A stretch of DNA of 53,326 bases, counting the filler, from Bipalium vagum (taxonomy: Eukaryota), in assembly GCA_037834085.1 (NCBI GenBank). It is 3 parts of 3 records of this genome, joined end to end, with 100 filler letters (N's around TTAATTAATTAA, not from the genome) between each part and the next. Parts side by side here need not be neighbours in the genome. Positions count along the whole stretch, not along the records: positions 35,138 to 53,326 come from JBBMKC010037308.1; 2 more parts are not named here. The stretch is one strand, 5' to 3'. The notes under the pieces are model-generated. The model made no database searches. It was not told the origin of the DNA and saw only the letters and a program-made list of their open reading frames with translations. Each line of letters opens with the position of its first letter. Positions within the stretch are counted from its first letter, which is position 1. Shown here piece after piece: positions 49,426-53,326 of the stretch. The position numbers and the translations under genes were made by a program.

Positions 49426-51769
49426 TTTTTGACCACCAGTTTAATATTTTGATTACAATTTAATTTTCAAATGTTTAAATTTATTTTTATACATTCTAAT
49501 GACAAAGATAATTCTTGCGATTCTTCATGTGCTTCTTATTTTCCTATTGTCTTTTGACAATTATCTTTTTAGTTTATATTTTATGGATATTTTAAAATTA
49601 AAAAAAATTCATTAACGTCTTGCTTCCTCAATAATTCATTAACGTTGATCTCAAAAAAGTACAAAGAGGGTAGCAATAAATAGGTCACATAACATATTTG
49701 ATAGAAATATGTGAATATTTGAATTATTATTTATATTTCATGTCTTATATTTATTTATAATCAAAGCCAATCATAAGATATTTTTAATAACGTGTATTGT
49801 TATCATTCTACTCATAAAATAATACTAAAGTAACACTAATACTATATCAGAATGGCATATGGACTCTACTTTCCAACTTCAACATGTTAAGAAGAAAAAT
49901 CAAATACCAAGATTTCCTGTAACCTTTTTCTCCGGCAATCTTGTGCTAGAATTCATATAAATATTTTTTAATATTAACTTAACTAAAATAAAAGTTAATC
50001 TAATTAATTTAATTTTAATTTCCACAGGTTTCCATATTTAATTGATCATTTTTTGTAAATCTCACAAAAACACGATGACCGACCCAGGGCTAAATTAATA
50101 TATATATCAAAATAAATTATAAATATTAACCATTGTGTTACTGTAATAATAACAATGTGTTGTACTGGGTAAATATTATATCACTAACCAACCAATACAG
50201 AATTTCATATAAATCCTGTGAGTAGTATATATTTCATTAAGTCACCGAATTAGAAGAGTTTCCGAGCTCTTAATATTCTTCTAGGAAAAGATTGGATATA
50301 ATACGTAAATACCTGTTTTGAAAAAGATTGAATAAAGAAAAAACCTTTATATTTTATTTTATTTTATTATTTTTCATCGTTAAGAGATGACATAAACATA
50401 CCAAAAAAATTTTTATAATAAAAATCAAGAATTTTATTTTCATTAATTTAATAAACTTAAAAAATAATATATAAAAATGTTAGTCTGTATTTATTTTACA
50501 AAACGTTTTTAATCTCAATTCGTTACTGTTCGTAACATATCCACTGGTGAAAAGTGAGCGGGCTGTTTATTTTTTACAAAATAAAAATATAATATAAAGC
50601 AAAATTTTCATTTTTACAATGGAAAATAAATAAAATCAAATAACCGAACACAACTGACAACCATCTAAAAAATATTGTAGTAAACAATATACATATATAA
50701 AAAAAACTAAAATTTCCACCTCAAATTCCTCTGACAGCAGAAATTATTAAAATAAAGCCTGGTGAAAATTGTCAATGAAAAAGAAATTCTTAGAAATTGT
50801 TATACTATTAGAGATTTGTCCAGTCTGTTTTTTTTACCAGCTTTGAACTGATATTGATCACTGCAATGATAAAAATTTTATGCAATTAATTAATATTGGT
50901 GTTACGAAATTTTTATTAAGAAAAGCGAAAAAAAATAATCATCCCATGCATATAAAATTCAATTGAATAATTTTTAATATTTTAATTTTATGATTCAACT
51001 TGACATTTATTTTGTGTTGGATTTTTTCCATCATTAGTACAAAATTGAGGTTTTATATTGCGGAAGATATTAATCAGAAAAATTGTTGGACGTAGATTCT
51101 AATGTTATCATTACACTGCTCTAGAGAACGTTCTATAAATAATTCAATTCTTTTAGCTAGAAAACTGTGATAAAATTCAATCACCATTTTTCTGGTCGTA
51201 AAAAACACTTTAATTTATTCTTTATTATTGTGAAAGCCTATACAGGTTTTTCAGAGTTTGAGAACAGGAATAAAATGAAAGCAATCTGTCACCAATTTTA
51301 GCGACTAACAGATTGTTATATGGTCTTCATAAAATTGATCGTCTTTTAAAAGTTGTAGAAAATATATCTGGAGTTATTAAATTATTGTTTTATTACTAAG
51401 AATATTTTTCAATTTTTCACAATTTCAGATTGTTTGATTTATTTTTTGTTGATATTCTTTGATTAAAATCACAAAAAATCTTCCTAATTTAATTATAAAT
51501 AATTAATTAAAATAAAGTTTTTCTATTCTCAAAATTTGTTCAACCATAATTGACATTCACTGAAATTAAAAATAATAAATAATAGATTTTTACAGTGCAA
51601 AATCTTCTTTTTTTCTATTTTTTATTATTTCTATTTCTATTATTTCTTGAGTCTTTTAATCATTTATTATTTTCATTTTTCAAAACAAGTTATTTTGTAA
51701 TTTTGAGCAATTTTCGAATTAGTTTGACTGCTTTCGAAAAATATTCATTTGGCATATAATTTGTTTGTA

Positions 51770-52330
51770 AAGGTCAAATTAATTAAAACAAGGGCGGTTC
51801 CATCAAATGAGCATCAAGAAATTCGTTAGGGTTCTAACTCAGATTATATATAATATAAAACTCCATGATCTTTTCTTTTGGAATTTTGGCACATTCTTGG
51901 TGTAAGAGTAAGCTTTAGCTCCTCAATAATTGTGCTATAAGTTAAGAAAAATTTCATTGATTTTCATCTGGTGATTGAGGAGGAAATTTCTGTTAACCTT
52001 TTCTTCGAATTCACCTGTTTGGTAGCTTATTGTCAAGGTATTCCCTCACTTCACTATGGTATTCTGCAGGTTCACCATCTTGCAGGAAATAAAATCTTTA
52101 TCTTCAACGTCTTTTTTAATTTTTTATATAATAAATTCATGCAAGAGATTTAGGTATTTGACAATTGTTATTACAGTTTCGAAGAAAAAAGGTCTAATTA
52201 CTCAGTAATTTTAAAGACCTCCGAACAACTAAACCCTTTGTTGATGGGTAATGTGGTGATTTCTAAGTACCATTCACAAAACTCTATTCTCCTTTTTGCA
52301 TCATCTTTTGATTGAGCATTAGTCAAACTG
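51770..52330 (-). mobile_element. rosa/DD41D-like remnant
   Basis: Minus strand KRRIEFCEWYL and FYFLQDGEPAEYHSEVREYLDNKLPNR*IRRKG*QKFPPQSPD. Confidence 0.75.
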
Positions 52331-52365
52331 AGAATATAACTTTTAAAGTGATTTCGCTTCAAAAT

Positions 52366-52830
52366 ATTAAGTTGTAAAGAAATAAATGGCGCTTCTTAAC
52401 ATTGAACTTTAAATGAACAAATCATACCTTAAACAAAATTTTATTTATCAAAATAAAAACCTTTACATTTTACACATTTCTCCCAATAAGTCACAAGCTG
52501 ATTTATCCCGATTCGATAAAAATATGGAGCTCTAGATGATACAAAATATTCAAAGACTTTAATTTCAGCATCATCATTGGGGAATGTTCTCTCGCTAAAG
52601 AATTTGTTCAAGTGTTTGAAGAAATAATAATCAGTAGACAAGAGGTCTGGTAAGTAGGCTGGGTGAGGCAGAATTTCAATATGAAGCTAGTTCGATTTTT
52701 GTACGTTAGGTTGCCCAACGTGTATCTGAGGTTATCATGAAGAATCAATGGGCCCTTTCTATTGACCAAGGCTGGGTAAATTCAATTAGGTTTTTGATAC
52801 ATTTCTTCGATTTTCACACAATACAAGTAT
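52366..52830 (-). mobile_element. Mariner 3' half (Hsmar1/cecropia-like)
   Basis: LVNRKGPLILHDN, HPAYLPDLLSTDYYFFKHL...GINQLVTYWEKCVKCKGFYFDK*, with a TIR-like end near 52366. Confidence 0.9.
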
Positions 52831-53251
52831 GACCAGATTCATGTGCCATTTTTGGTTTGAAACCCTTATCAATCCTGTTAGAATTTAATATTAAAATGAT
52901 AGGAAACAATTCAATTACTAATTAACAAGAAATTAGAATCACAAATGTAATTTTTTTAATTTAATAGACTAATTTTATTAATTTATTTATTTTCAAAAAT
53001 CAGTTTGCGTCCTTAGAAGATTGTCCAATCTACAATATTAGTAGCACATCAGCTTTGAAATGGGAAAGAAACTTGAACAAAATCCCTGGGCGATATATAT
53101 AATAATTATTGAACATATTGGATATTTTGAGTCTTCAAAATGCAAAACTTTTGTCAACTATAAGCCTTTTTCAATAGTGCAATCAACAAAATTCGAACAG
53201 ATGATAATTAATTGTGAAACCCTACTATGACAAAAATTAATCCTTTAAGGG

Positions 53252-53326
<75 letters not shown>
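53252..53326. repeat. (ATT)25 microsatellite running to the window end
   Basis: Direct reading. Confidence 0.98.

Noticed and set aside
52441-52641. SETMAR-like domesticated transposase exon
   Set aside because: Stops and frameshifts lie immediately upstream, a TIR-like end is adjacent and there are no SET-domain exons; it is an ordinary mariner remnant.
53252-53326. Terminal ATT repeat as a telomere
   Set aside because: The same ATT/TAA microsatellite occurs internally several times, so this is more likely an assembly break at a simple repeat.
1-53326. CRISPR arrays, operons, tRNA or rRNA genes, and the remaining short ORFs in the track
   Set aside because: The DNA is eukaryotic with spliceosomal introns. 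I saw no repeat-spacer arrays or tRNA/rRNA signatures, and the short ORFs are AT-biased chance frames or transposon fragments.

Overview
This is very AT-rich animal (invertebrate-like) nuclear DNA from a draft scaffold with three N gaps, two of which carry an artificial TTAATTAATTAA linker. I can support one host protein-coding gene: a four-exon Gfi1/Senseless/PAG-3 family C2H2 zinc-finger transcription factor on the + strand (CDS join 43470..43569, 43648..44017, 44066..44328, 45665..46023; 363 aa, six fingers). The ~43 kb upstream and ~7 kb downstream contain no host exons I could recognise. They are filled with decayed IS630-Tc1-mariner elements (mariner, Tc1, pogo/Tigger, rosa/maT-like, DD37E-like), a LINE remnant, LTR-like pieces and microsatellites, with transposon-free islands rich in transcription-factor motifs between them. 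The most interesting points are these. (1) The protein has a broken SNAG-like N-terminus (MYRSDMVQ) and a C-terminal eh1-like motif (YSVENIL), suggesting a co-repressor switch from LSD1 to Groucho/TLE. (2) Its own promoter region holds a dense cluster of Gfi1-type AATCA(C) sites. (3) Its 5' leader has a splice or trans-splice architecture with a possible overlapping uORF. (4) Two diverged, oppositely oriented LTR-like copies share hairpins with compensatory changes around a TATA box. Transposon boundaries without visible TIRs are approximate. All assignments come from reading motifs by eye; no searches were run.
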